Assembly (NCBI GenBank): GCA_010909165.1
Contig: MU008161.1
Location: 1,798,001-1,862,000, forward strand
Source: Anthoceros angustus
Taxonomy: Eukaryota; Plantae; Anthocerotophyta
Direction: 5' to 3'
DNA length: 64,000 nucleotides
Position 1 is the first letter of the stretch; each line of letters begins with the position of its first letter. Position numbers and translations under genes: made by a program. This document shows, piece after piece, positions 24,647 through 37,238 of this stretch. Under the pieces are notes generated by a model, which had not been told where the DNA came from, did no database searches, and saw only the letters and a list, made by a program, of their open reading frames with translations.

Positions 24647-27600
24647 TCAGCCACTGTTGAAGTGGCCCCCCCGCATGGACGAAAATGGCGTCATGGAGGG
24701 GAAGGACGGCAGAGCTTGCAGGATGTACTTGCGGCCGCTGCTGAGCCCCGGGGACCCGCTCCCTGTACCAGCGGTGTTGCTGGGGCCCGGGGACATTACC
24801 ACCCGATTCCTGCTCCCGGACCCGGACCCGGACCCGGACCCGCGCTCCGAGTGCTTGCCCATACCGTCGTAGTGGGGCGGTGAGACTCTCTTGATCTGCT
24901 TGGGAGAGCTGGTCTTGGTCAGGACCTGCGGCGACTGGGGAACGTCCGAGTAGCGCAGAATCTCGGGGGTGTCGAGGTCCTCTGCAGAGTCGAAGGACAG
25001 GTAGGCGGGAACCACGCCCGCGTTAGAGAAGGTCTTGCCTGGCAGGGAGGAGGTGTTTTGGGAGGAAGAGAGGGACGGGGTGGGAGGAGTTGGGTGGGTG
25101 CTCACCGGACTCGTCTGAGGGAGAGGGGACTGGAAGTGGCTGGCACTGGCAGTGGTGACATTGGATGCACATCTGGCTGCAGGAGAGGACTGGGAGTCCG
25201 GGTGCTTCAAGGCCGGGGACGACTCCTCTACTCCTGAGGCTCCGCTGCCGCTGTAGCTGCTCGCAAGCTCCGCACATTGCCTGTGGAAGGACGGGGAAGC
25301 ACCACATCGGTTATCAAGGGTCGACACGGAGGCCGGGGTGGGTCTGAGAGGAGGCTGGGGGAGGGGTGTCAGGGTGCAGATGTCACCTAGCCCATCCCAC
25401 CGGGGAGACAACATAGAAATTCTAGACTTGCCCACGGGGGTGGACACGTGGCTAGGGGAGCTCATGGGCATCTGGGGAGATGGCCTTGACATCTGCTGCT
25501 GCTGCTGCTGGCTAGGGCCCAGGCTTCGGACGCTACCGGCACTGGACCTTGGGTTGGAGCTTCTGGATAATCGAGGAGGCTTCACTGGGGACCGGGACTT
25601 CAGTGGCAAAGGAGTCCCCACTGCTGCTGCTGTTGCTTCCTTCATGCCCCTCTTCTTGGCCGCTGCTGCTCGCACCCTGCTGCTTGACCTCGGCTGCCTG
25701 CCCAAACTGTGGTTCTCCTGCACCTCGCTCTCGTCGCGTCCCTCTTGCGACATGTGCTCCTCTTGCTCTTCTGAGAAGGCTGGGATGGATAGGTCACCAC
25801 ACCTCCTTGTTAGCCTCATTGTAAACATTGAGCAGGGCCTATCACACAACTTACAAAGAACTTTCACAAGACAACTCTTCCTTCTCACCTTCATTCACAA
25901 AACCAGACAATCAGACCTACACACACATCAGGGCCAAAAGAAGACCTGATATCTCACCTTCCTTCTTCCCATACACATTCTGGCAGCCTTCACATCGACA
26001 CCCTTCTGAGCACCCCACGCCGGCCTGCACCAAACACAGCCGTTACTCACAAATTCGAGCAACATGCATCAAGAAACCATAGGCTGGCACTCGCTGAGGC
26101 AGCTGCATAAAACAAACATTTCGTTACCTGAAAGCATTCGCAGTACTTCTTGAGGCACAAGGATTTTTTACAGTTGCAGCCACGCTTGTGCCTGGCGGAG
26201 GCTGGAGTATCTGTGAATTCTTCCTGGACATCGCCACATCCTCACCACATCAGCGCCTCCATCCCCGGCACACAAAACCAAACAGCAGATCTTGAAAAGG
26301 CAAGGCGGGTAGAATGTTCGCATGGATGGAATGACCTACCGCGGATGTTGGAGAGGTGTCCTTTCCATGGACTATCTTAGGCGCAAAGGCCAGCGGGTTG
26401 CGCGACTCAATCAGCTGCCGAGTTTCCAGCACCTTATCTCCGTACTCCGGTTTGTTGAAGCAATCCTGGCAAGTGCAAGATCCCACGCAGTATATGCCTG
26501 CCGCAAAGCACTCACAATATCTGCGAGTATCGGGTGCATGAAAGGTCAGGTCAGGTGAGTAACGCCCACCACTCCACTTCCAGCCTGGCTTGCAAATAAA
26601 AATCTCAAAGTGAACTGTGACATCCACTTACAGCTTCAAGCATTTCGACTTCTTGCAGTTGCAGCGCCTGCAACCCTCAGAGGCCTTCTCCCCGACAGCA
26701 GCAGACTTCCTGCACTCCAACACCAAGTTAATATTGCACACAATTCGCTTCAGGCGAGAACAGCGTTGAGAGAGAAACTGGGTCCAGATGCAGGAGGGAA
26801 ACTGGGTTCTGCAGAGGACAAGTGGACTACCTTCGTTTCTTGGGACTTCGAGGGCTCTCAAAAAATTCCTCAGACAAGTCCAGATCGGTCGGTCGCAAAA
26901 GCTCCTGGTGAGGCGGGAGCCGCTTGGGGCTCCCTCTCCTCTCAGTTGCCTCCTCCAACGAATACCGTGATTGCACAGACTTGACGCCCAAGGTGAGGGA
27001 TCGGAAGCAGGTGGTAGATTTCAGATTCCCAACTATGCTGGCCTCGTTAACCTTGATATCCTGCTGCTCTTCCCTCGTGATCTCCACCACGGACAGACAG
27101 CCACCTGATGCAAACGCTGAGGATGAAACCAGAGATATGCTTCCTCCCGAAACTCCAGGGGTACTCAGGCTCTGCTCGAACGCGTCTGCGGGATCTTCCT
27201 TGAGAGAAGACATCGGGGTGAGCCCAAGGAGAGAGGCTGTCGACATTCCCATGCTGCAGTTGAAGCCTCTGGAGGGGCTGAAAGATACGCTGCTGCCTGC
27301 CAGGCTGTTGAGATGCAAACCAATGCCCGAGGGGATGCTGATGGACATAGGGGACGTGAGGGCATCCCGCAACGGCTCAACAATGCTCTGCTCTTCCTTG
27401 TTTTTGCTCGAAGAGCACCGAGACATGCGCATTATTCCGGAGCTCGCCACCTTGTTGCTCACTTGCAAATCCATCCGTCCTGGTCCTGGTCCATGTGCCT
27501 GGTTGTCGGTCTCATGAGGTGAACACCGGCCACTATTGGTGGCATCTGACTGCGAGCCTGCTCGATCACTTAGGACTTGAGGTGGAATGCTGGCACCCGA

Positions 27601-29566
27601 AGCTAGATATGATGCCCCGGAGGCAACTTCCCTGGCCCTGGAACTGATGCATTTCCTGGATGCGCTGCTACCCATGCTCTTCCTTCGTGCTTCTGCTGCC
27701 TCGAAATCCAGGCATCTCCTCCTGACGCCTCTTTGACCGGTTACACCTACCTGAGATGAGCAAGGCAGCATTGTGTTAGACTCCCTCGCCTACATCTATC
27801 CAAGGAAAGTTGCAAAAACAAAGGAAGTACAGATGCCTTACTCTGCAGTTGGTCTGAACCTGTTGCTCCTGGACTGGCTCTTTATCTTGATGCAGATTCC
27901 CATATCGCATACCTTCGTGTGCCATATTATCCTGGGAAGCATCTAGAGGAAGTTTGGAATTGGAGGCCACAAAATCAGATACCTGTATTTGCATTTTCTG
28001 TTCATGTTCCTGCATGGCTTCAGGTCCCAAAGGATTGGTAGGATAAACCGAAGTACGACGCTGTGGCAATCGTGAGACGACCATATCCGCTACATCCTCG
28101 CTCCATGTGTGCACAAGCTTGGAATGACTTTCCCCATCGTGTGCTCCAGTCAAAAAGCTGAAGTCCGATGCCTCATCGTCCACACCCATGGAGACCCCGA
28201 CACCGCTGGCTCCAGAATCACCAACAGCGCAGACAGTAGCTCCTGGCCCTGGCGACTGCCCAAGTGTCAATACTTCACTGGAGGTGCTTTCCTCCGCATG
28301 ACGTGCTGTCAACTCGTCCAGCATCAAAGACAGCTCTTCTGAGGTCCTTGCTTGGAAACGTTGAGACCCACATGCGTCATCGTTAGCTTCACATGCACCA
28401 TCGTTGTGCAGATCATCATGCCCGTCTTGCTTCTCACGGTCATCACTGGCTGGACTCACCATTTCCTTGCACTTGTCCATATCCTCAGATGACGAGCCAA
28501 CGGGAAGGGATGAGGTAAGAGCCGAGGCAGAAGTCCTGTTGCGCATTTCTGACGATCTGACCGCATAGAGCCCTCCATCGGCTGGATCTGCCAGATACAA
28601 CTCCACATCTCCCCCCTCAGCCCTGGAAGGCGAGCCCATAAAACCAGTCGCTCCAGCACCATTGTTAGGAGCTCCAACGCTCTGATCCGGTGGGGGCCTG
28701 CTTGATGACACATACCCTCGAGGATGGCGGGTGTACAATGCATCGGTATTTGCATCAGAAGGCTTTCCGTTGAAACTTCCCGGTGACGACGGCCGGTTCT
28801 TATCATCCCACCCAGGCTCGGCGCCTGAGGCTCCTGAGGCTCCTGAGGCCCCTGAAGTCTTCGCCAAGCTGTAGCCACTGCAGATCCAGCAGATCTTAGA
28901 GTGAGCATCCCTACCAACACATGCATGTTGACATGAAGCGATGAGGCAGCAGTTATCAGAGAGAGAGAGGACATACCTGCGCAACCTGCTGGCCGCCTTC
29001 TGAGAGTTGGGAGGAGGTGAAGAGAAGACGGCAGGAGGAGGGGGCAAGCTCAGTTCAGAGTAAGTCTGTGCAACATGAACTCGTCTGGCTGGCTTGATGG
29101 GGGACAGGTCGCAGAGGTACTTATAAAAGGGTGATTCCTGCACCCACAAGACGGTTTAAGCCCACAAGCCATGAGAAGCTGCTTTCCGCATAAGGAAAGG
29201 GCAAGAAACCAGAGAGGCACGACATGCATTCACACGCAACGCAGGCAGCCATGGGATCCGCTGGGGTTCCCTGCTGTGTGGCAAGAGCAGAAAGCAGAGC
29301 ACCCCTACGCACGAATTGGGGCACTCTCCAATGCCAGATCCGCAAGAAGCATCCCCCCACAAAACGACACGAAACAAAAGGAAAGCAGCAACCCACATTG
29401 CCCCAATTCCAGCCAGAAACCCACAAAACAGCATCACCCCAGCCCACATTGCCGCAATTCTCCAAGAACACCAACCGCATTGACAGCAAGACAGCAAGCC
29501 CGGGCAGAGGCCAATCACCTGCACATCGCTAACTATGATGCGCTGGCTTTTATCCGGAGAGTCCAT
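24647..29566 (-). CDS. Tesmin/TSO1-like CXC-domain (CPP/TCX, LIN54 homologue) transcription factor
   Basis: Exons about 29566-29519 (MDSPDK...), 29137-28977 ([16 protein letters not shown]), 28877-27860 (possible 51-nt intron inside), 27750-26831 ([12 protein letters not shown]...SPKKR), 26709-26632 ([14 protein letters not shown]), 26520-26340 (YCECFAAG...[12 protein letters not shown]), 26223-26128 ([22 protein letters not shown]), 26024-25958 ([16 protein letters not shown]), and a last exon ending [12 protein letters not shown]...*. The acceptor of the last exon is uncertain. Confidence 0.92.
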
Positions 29567-30020
29567 GCCTCAGTATCCCATGCTTATGCCGAGCCCGGCG
29601 TCCGGTTCACGGAGATCAGGGCCTCCTCAGCGGCAGGGCAGCAGCGAAAGCTCCGAAATCCAGCCCGGGACCGGGCGCCTGCACGGCCAATGTCAGCTGC
29701 AGCTGCAACGCACCCTCTCCAACCCTCGCGAGCAGAAATGCGCCCTCGCCGGGCATCCCCGCAGCTGGCATCCGGGTGCAGGATCCTGAGCAAAATTGCT
29801 GGGCGCCCACAAAATGCGGGAGAAAGAATGCAGCAGGCCGAGAGCCCTAGAGCTGCAAACGCGGTGGTGATGCGATGCCCGGAGCCCCGGAGAGCCCGTG
29901 GAGCTGCTGCAGGCCAGAGTGGGCTATGGTGGATGAGGCCGCCCCGAGCGGCGAGAGAGAGAAGAGATGGCAGAAGCAGGGAAGGCAGGCAGGAAAGCGA
30001 GGGAAGTTTGGAAGCAGGAG

Positions 30021-30032
30021 GGCGCGGGAAAA
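30021..30032 (-). promoter_or_regulatory. E2F consensus site (TTTTCCCGCGCC) upstream of the CPP/TCX gene
   Basis: Plus strand ggcgcgggaaaa contains the canonical TTTCCCGC on the minus strand, about 455 bp upstream of the ATG at 29566. Confidence 0.5.
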
Positions 30033-31799
30033 GTCCCCGCCTCCCTGCCCCTGCCCGCCCTGCGCGGGCAGCACAGCCTGCCACCTGGACCGCCACGCTG
30101 CCACTGCGCCTCGGCCCCGAGGCTGTTAATTGGGTTTGTTGCAACCGGCCCCGACTTCTTGGAGCATCGCAACAAGAAGCTAGGTCTGGGCCCGAGCCTG
30201 GCTCCAGGCCACCCCAGGGACCCCGGCGTATCGTTGTCGTATCGCATGGGACTGTAACGGCACAACTTCTTGCCGACGCGATGCCATACATACGTATGTA
30301 TGAGGACAGACTTTGCGGCGACGCTGTGACTTTCTCCGGCGTCGACGGTGGCGATACCGCGACCACGACCGGAAGCCAAGGGACGCCCGCAATCATGCCA
30401 TCTGACGGCCTCGCCGTGTGAACGCGGGCACCCTGCATGCCAGTTTTTGCGGGCGACCGGCCCCGGGTACCGGTCCCCGATCCCGGGCTGGCTGGCACTG
30501 GCACGACGAGGATAGAGCGGGTGCAGGGATCGTGGCAGGCTAGCACGGCCAGGATAAGTTGGCGGGGCCCGCCCGTTATGCGCCTAGTTTGGCGGTACCA
30601 GTGGCGGGAATGGGAAAAGAGGAAAGCCTCCCGCGCAGCGCATAACGCAATGCGTTGCCGGCCTTCCTCAGCGCCTTGCGTTATCGGGAGGATGGCCTGG
30701 CCGGCCTGGCCCTGCCATTGGTTCTCCAACTGTGTGTGCCTGGCATCTTCCCCATCTCCCTTGTCGGGAGCCTGCTCTGGCTGCTGGAATTCCGCCTACC
30801 GTACTGTTTATGGTTTATTTGAGGCGTTAATGGTCGTCAGCGGTTCTCAAGCTTGTTATTCCCAGCGCAACATTTTTCGGGCCGTGGTGCGTTAGTGGAC
30901 GACTACGCCTTCACCCATATGCTCCACCAGGCCACATAGCTTAATCAATGCGGGTGTGGGTGTCTACACATGGGCTATAGCTTATGGCTTTCTTACTCCA
31001 TCGTCTTTACCTGGTAGGATGGACACATGAACACATCCCACAGTCAGGTTGAACCTCGGTCCGTATGTAGTATTGATGGAACATGAATTCTTAGTTTTTA
31101 TTGTCCATTTTCATGGTGCTGAGATGTTGTCCATTTACACAGTGCTGAGATGTTCCAAAGCGAACGTACCTATCCATATCTCTGTTAAGAAGTTGCACGT
31201 ATGTTGTTCATAATGGTTAAAAAGAAACAGCCTCAAAGAGACTCATCACGTCCGGTTCTGTCTGCAAAGCATGGAAGCGTGCCTGAAGAACGCTTCAGGA
31301 AGGGTCCAATGGGGGGACTGCAAAGCTGCTCACAACAGATGTTGTGAATTCGCGGACCTTGTTCAACTGTTATAAATCCGCATTACACCATCACCAAGTC
31401 CCAGACTGTAACCATGACGGTTTGCAAGCTTGCTCGCATGCAACCACATGACGGTTTGCAGTCCCGTTCGCAAGGTGTGTCATACTCGGAGCTTGCAAGC
31501 AAGCCTGCCACCATCTTCACTCTTGCATTCCTTAGTTATGGTTGTCATATTAGGAAAGATTCACAAGAGGTTCACAACATTTGACATGACCGCGCTACAC
31601 ACTTCTCACACTCATGGAAGATAAACGCTCCTTCTCACATTCATTGAACCTCGAACCCGATGAATTTTTGGAGACAAAGCAGAATAATTATCTGATTTTG
31701 ACACATAAATTTCTAGCTTTCAAAGAAAAGGGGACAAGTGCCCGAGTCCACTATCACTCATATTGTCATATTGTACGCAAATTTTAATCATTACAAGCG

Positions 31800-34700
31800 C
31801 ACAAGGAGGCAGGCTTGATGAACAGGATGAAGTATATGATGCGCTGAACACCTTTCGTGAGCCGGAATGGAGATCGAGATCCATTGCCCGGAAGCCTGAG
31901 GTCTGAAGCTTTTCAATTTCTTTGCATCATACACGATCACAGTGCCAGCGACGAGCTTGTTCAGCACGTGCATCTGCTACCCATGGCGTTATGGAGGATC
32001 ACAGATATGCTAGGACGAGCTTCTTGTTCCGTGACATCAAGAAACCAACCGCTGGCAAACAGCGAAGTCGGGGAGGTGCAGCCCATTTGCAGGAAATCAG
32101 CCAGTCCAAGAAGGTGTCTACCTGGAGGCGGCTCTTCAGCGAGAGTCGTCGCCAGAGCCAGGGGAGTTTGGAGCTTGCCGGATGATCCTTACCCTGGCAA
32201 TGCTGCATATTTCGAAAAGGGGCGTGGCGGCTCAAACTGTGGGCAAGCTATGTGAGCATCATCCTGACCATGGCAATGCTGCAGGATTCGAAAGGGGCGT
32301 GACGGCTGGAACTGTGGGCAGGCTAAGTGAGCATCATCCCGAACCCGGCAATGCTGCAGGATTCAAAACTGGCGTGACGGCCGAAACTGTGAGCAAGTTA
32401 TATGACCCGGGCCGTAGCACCGAAGAGCTTTGGGAGTTTTTGAGCGCATAGACAGATGCGCTTCTCGAGTCTGACGCCAGATGGCCATAATTTGTGGCTG
32501 CCTTACAGGCTTTCGCAAAGGGGCTCAGACTTAAAACTGAACAGCAGGTGCATGCCGATGTGTTGACAGTTGAGCTCGATATGTTTGTCTGCAACAGCTT
32601 AGTGGATATGTATGCGAAGTGTGGCAGCTTCAAGAAGCACAACCAGTTTTCGATGGACTTGGGCAATAGGATGTGCTGACGTATAGTGCTATGAGAGCGA
32701 GCCATGGGGGAGGCAGCCCTCCTGCTCCACATTGCTTTGGGCGAAGATGGCATGGCTGCAGCCAATTCTTGCTCATATGTGTGCCTCCTGCAGCTATGTT
32801 CAAGTGTCGACAGCTCACCTTTGGAGAAAAGAAAGCAGCTTCCTGCAGAAATCCGAGAACAGGGACTTTGAGCTGATGTCTTATAGCCAACAGTTTCGCG
32901 AACGTGTTTGCAAAGTGCGGCAGTGTGAAAAATGCTGGCCAAGTGGTGACGGTCTCTTCGAGAAGGACTTGGTGACGTGGAATTCCAGGATAGTAGGGTA
33001 TTCCCAGCATGGCATGGGGCAGGAGGCCCTCCTTCTCTATGGGATTGATTCACCTGGTTTTGTGACATTTCTGCGCCTCCTGCAGGCGTGTGTAAGTGTT
33101 GGCACCTCAACTCTGGAAGAGCGAAAGCAGCTTCATGTGCACATTAGAGCAGAAGGACATGGAGTTGTCATGCCATGATAGCAGCATATTCCCAGGTATG
33201 GGGCAGGAAGCCCTTCGACTTTACAGATCTATGCCTGAAGAAGGTATTCTTGTACCCACGATGGGTCAGGACGATGTGGTGACGTGGCATGCCATGATAG
33301 CAGCACATAATTCCCAAGCATGGGGCAGGAGGTCATTCCACATTATAGCGCTATTCATGAAGAAGGTATTGTTGTACTCAATTCTGTGACACTTTGCAAA
33401 ACTGATGTGTTTGTAGCCAACAGCTTGGTCAACATGTATTCAAGGTGTGGTAGCCTAGAGTATGCTCACAGAGTGTTTGGTGGACTTGGTACACCCAGCA
33501 GGGCATGGCCCATGAAGGCCTTCGTCTCCACAGAGTTATGCAAGAAGAAGGGACCGTTCTACCAAATTCGGTGACATTTGTGTGCCTCTTGCAGGCATGT
33601 GCAGGTGTCGGTTCCCCAGCACTGGAGAAGGAGAAGCACCTTCGTACACAAGATAGAGAACAAAGAATTCAAGAGAATTTGTTTGTAGCCAACAGTTCCA
33701 CGAAGGGGTATGCCAAGTGTGGGAGGCTTTAAGAGTGTTTGATGGACTCAGTCAAAAGGATGGGTGACATGAAATGCCATGCATGAAATGCCAGCAGGGT
33801 ATGGGGCAGGAACCCCTTCGTCTCTACGCTGCTGTGCAAGAACACGGCAGTGCTCTACCCAACTATGTGACTTGAGTGAGCTCCTGGAGGCATGTGCAAC
33901 TGTGGGCACACCAGCTTTGGGAAAGGGGAAGCAGCTTCATGCTCAAATCCAAGATCAAAGATATCAAGCGACTATGCTCGTAGTGAGCAGTTCGACAAAT
34001 ATGTATGCAAAGTCTGGCAGCCTAGAGGATGCTGAGGCTGTATTTAAAGATTTTGGTCGAAACGATAAGGCGACGTTGAATGCCAAGCTTGCAAGGTATT
34101 CCCACCACGGCATGGGCCAGAAGCCCTTCATCACTTTGTTGTGATGCGAGAAGAAGGCACAGCTGTTCCCGATTCCATTACTTTTCCATGCCTCCTGCGG
34201 GCTTGTACAAGCGTAGGCCCCCTAGATTGGAGAAGGTATCCACTATAGAGTGTGGGTATCAAAGTGACTTCTTCATAGCCAGCAGTTTGGTACACGTGCA
34301 TACAAAGTGTGGCAGCCTGGAGGATGCTCACCGGGCTGTTTGATGGACTCATGCAAAAGGATGCGGTGACGCGCTATTCCTAGCAGTGCATGGGCCAGGA
34401 AGCCCTTCGTCTTTACAGTGCTATACAAGACGGAAGCAGTGTTGTATCCAAAGGCATTACATTTGTGTGCCACCTGCAGGCATGCGCAAATGTGGCAGTT
34501 TTGCATCTGGGAAGGGAGCTGCGTGCACAGACTGAATAGCAAGGACTTCAGGCTGACGCATCTGTAGCCTTGGGTTTGAGAAACATGTATGGAGAGTCGG
34601 GGAGCATGATGGATGCACAGCATGTCTTCGATGCATTGGCTAGGAGAGAGGATGTCACGCACTAATTGCGGGGTATACCTGTCAGTAGGGGACAGTGAAG
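31800..34700 (+). pseudogene. Decayed PLS-class pentatricopeptide-repeat gene
   Basis: PPR motifs in shifting frames with stops: MFVCNSLVDMYAKCGS, DLVTWNSRIVGYSQHGMGQEAL, VTFLRLLQACVSVG, DVFVANSLVNMYSRCGSLEYAHRVF, PNSVTFVCLLQACAGVG, FFIASSLVHVHTKCGSLEDAHR. No E/DYW extension is recognisable. Confidence 0.88.
32195..32410 (+). repeat. About 75-bp tandem repeat (about 3 copies) in the 5' part of the PPR pseudogene
   Basis: (t/c)ggcaatgctgca... starts at 32195, 32271 and 32346 and encodes a 25-aa unit of the form HHPDHGNAAGFERGVTAGTVGRLSE. Confidence 0.85.
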
Positions 34701-36142
34701 GGTCACGTCTGTCTTTGCTTAGGACCACTTTGAAAATCTAAGGTGGCTATCAGCGAGAACCGGCTCCCTCTCCTTCTACGACTTGAAACGAAATTGAAAA
34801 CCGCTGGCCCCCGCCCCTTCTATGACCGTCCTCTTGGACTGAAGTTGACACCCTTATGGCTCAAGCACGGAGGAAAGGAACCTGGAGAGTTGGAATTGAG
34901 TGGCAATGATGCACTGCCCAACTTCATGAGCCGACTTCAAGCTTGTTCAGGGAAAGCAATGGCTCCACGCAAGCCATGTCACGAGGGTAGCTCTGCGCAT
35001 GCAAGTGTTCAAGTTGTTGATGCTGAAACGAAACGGCGAAGGAAAAAAGCAGCAAAGCGGATGCGTGATCTCCGGCAGCGTTGGGCTACACACGCAGGTG
35101 CGGGGAAAACAACAGAGGAGGCTAGCATCCTTGCTACGAAGAAAGCTGCAAATTTGAGGCTAGTATCCTTGCACTTAGAGCTGTAGAGTCCTCCATGGCA
35201 GCGAACCTACATCATTGGAAGGCCCCAGGTGTCAAGTGTCCGGTGAGTAGTGACTGTTCATCCCTAATGGTGTGGAGGTAGAAGTGTATCCTATGGAAGA
35301 GGCAAGGATAATCTTGTGGAGAATATTCAAACCCCGTCATCAACGAGTGAAACACAGCATGATACGGTTCAGCTTTTGCACGCAGCATGTCAAAAGGTTA
35401 GATTAGCTGCTGCATAACACGACAGCGACGGAGGAGAGCACGACTTGCCAAGGAAGTAGTTGCCCTTGCAACAGATGTAGACCTTGTACTTGCCAAGGAA
35501 GTAGTTGCCCTTGCAGCAGATGTAGACCTTGTACGTGAAGTAGAGGAGTACCCGAGAATTTGTAAAGATGCACAGCCAGCTCATGTGGGTCAGGGATCAA
35601 GACGTTCTAGAGATTTCCTATTTGTGCTTCTTTGGAAGTCATGGGTAAACTAACTTTAATTATGTGTGATACATTTTAATTCTTAAGTTATATATTTTTA
35701 TCTTGTATTATATATTTTGATCCAGATATAGATGTATTAACTTGTACATCATGTATTTTAATTAGTGTATTATATATTTTAATCTGTTTGTTTTACATCT
35801 TAATTCGTGTGTTAAGCATTTTCTCGTATTTAAGGGCATGTTTACTCTTTGTTGGTGCTTGTTTGAAGCCCGATATTCTATATTCCATGGTATTATACAT
35901 GCCTCATTAGCCTGGGACAGCTATATGTGGTAGAAAAGTTTCTATCACACAACTTGGCCACAAGTGTTCGGATCTTGTCATCCACTTTTTCTTGTGGCGT
36001 TTAGGGTTTTTGTTGGACATGCAGGATAATACACATGTTTTATGCACATGCCAACTCTATAGCATGTCTGGCCCCTGCGAAGAGGCCCCCCTCATCTTCG
36101 CTCCCGTTCTTTTTCGCACCCGCTGACAACGCGAAGAGATAC

Positions 36143-36330
36143 GGCAACTTGGCCTCGAAAAGATATAGCAATGGTACACAACTTGGCCACGAAGATATCT
36201 TGTACAATATACAACTTGGCCACGAAGATATCTTGCAACAAAATACAACTTGGCCACGAAGATATCTTGCAACAATATACAACTTGGCCACGAAGATATC
36301 TTGCAACAATATACAACTTGGCCATGAAGA
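36143..36330. repeat. 33-34-bp minisatellite, about 6 copies
   Basis: acaacttggccacgaagatatcttg(c/t)a(a)caa(t/a)at repeated head to tail with no unique spacers. Confidence 0.9.
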
Positions 36331-36486
36331 GATATGGATGACATTGAGACAGCGAGAAATTGAGACAGTGATCACAGGAGGAATTCTTGCATGGAAGATG
36401 GCTCAAACTTTCGCGTTGGGTGCATCTCGTACATAAGGCTAACTCACAGAAACAGAAAAATGTTGTATCACACACTTGACGACATT

Positions 36487-37238
36487 GGTACACGGGGGGG
36501 GGGCACAAACAACTCATGCCTTGACGAGAGGTATGCCATAGCTAAGAAGTGAGAATTCTAAGAAGGGTGAATTTTGTGTTCTCAATTAGGCGCAAATAAT
36601 ATAAATAGGTCTTTAAAGTGAGAATTCTAAGAAGTATGAATTTTGGGTTCTCGATTAGGCATAAAGTAATATATGTATGGAGTCACAGAGAGTGAGAATT
36701 CGAGAAGTGTGAATTCATGTTCTCTAATAATAAGTGTAATATGTAGATGTCATCCATTCCTAATGCTATCGACTCTCCATATTCAAAGCCCCTTTGCAAC
36801 AGTAAGTGGTTCTACCTTTCTTAGCCCCTAGGCTCCCATACGGTGTACCCTTCTCATCAGTGGTACACGGGGCACAAACAACTCATGCCTTGACGAGAGG
36901 TATGCCATAGCTAAGAAGTGAGAATTCTAAGAAGGGTGAATTTTGTGTTCTCAATTAGGCGCAAATAATATAAATAGGTCTTTAAAGTGAGAATTCTAAG
37001 AAGTATGAATTTTGGGTTCTCGATTAGACGCAAGTAATATATGTAGGTCTGTAGAGTGAGAATTCTGAGAAGTGTGAATTCTGTGTTCTCTATTAATGGC
37101 AAGTAATATATGTAGATGTCATCCATTCCTAATGCTATCGACTCTCCATATTCAAAGCCCCTTTGCAACAGTAAGTGGTTCTACCTTTCTTAGCCCCTAG
37201 GCTCCCATACGGTGTACCCTTCTCATCAGTGGTACACC
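36487..37238. repeat. Tandem duplication of a unit of about 370 bp, itself built of gtgagaattc sub-repeats
   Basis: ggtacacgggg...cacaaacaactcatgccttgacgagagg...ttctcatcagtggtacac occurs twice (starts about 36487 and 36862). Confidence 0.88.

Noticed and set aside
29171-30895. Long ORFs of 416, 381 and 152 aa upstream of the CPP gene
   Set aside because: GC-rich leader/promoter sequence with few stops by composition. No recognisable domain, and they overlap CPP exon 1 and intron 1.
34833-34850. miR319/159-like seed ttggactgaag
   Set aside because: The match stops after 11 nt and no complementary hairpin arm is nearby.
36143-36330. CRISPR-like array of 33-34-bp repeats
   Set aside because: Units are contiguous with no unique spacers, there are no cas genes, and the context is eukaryotic. 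It is a minisatellite.
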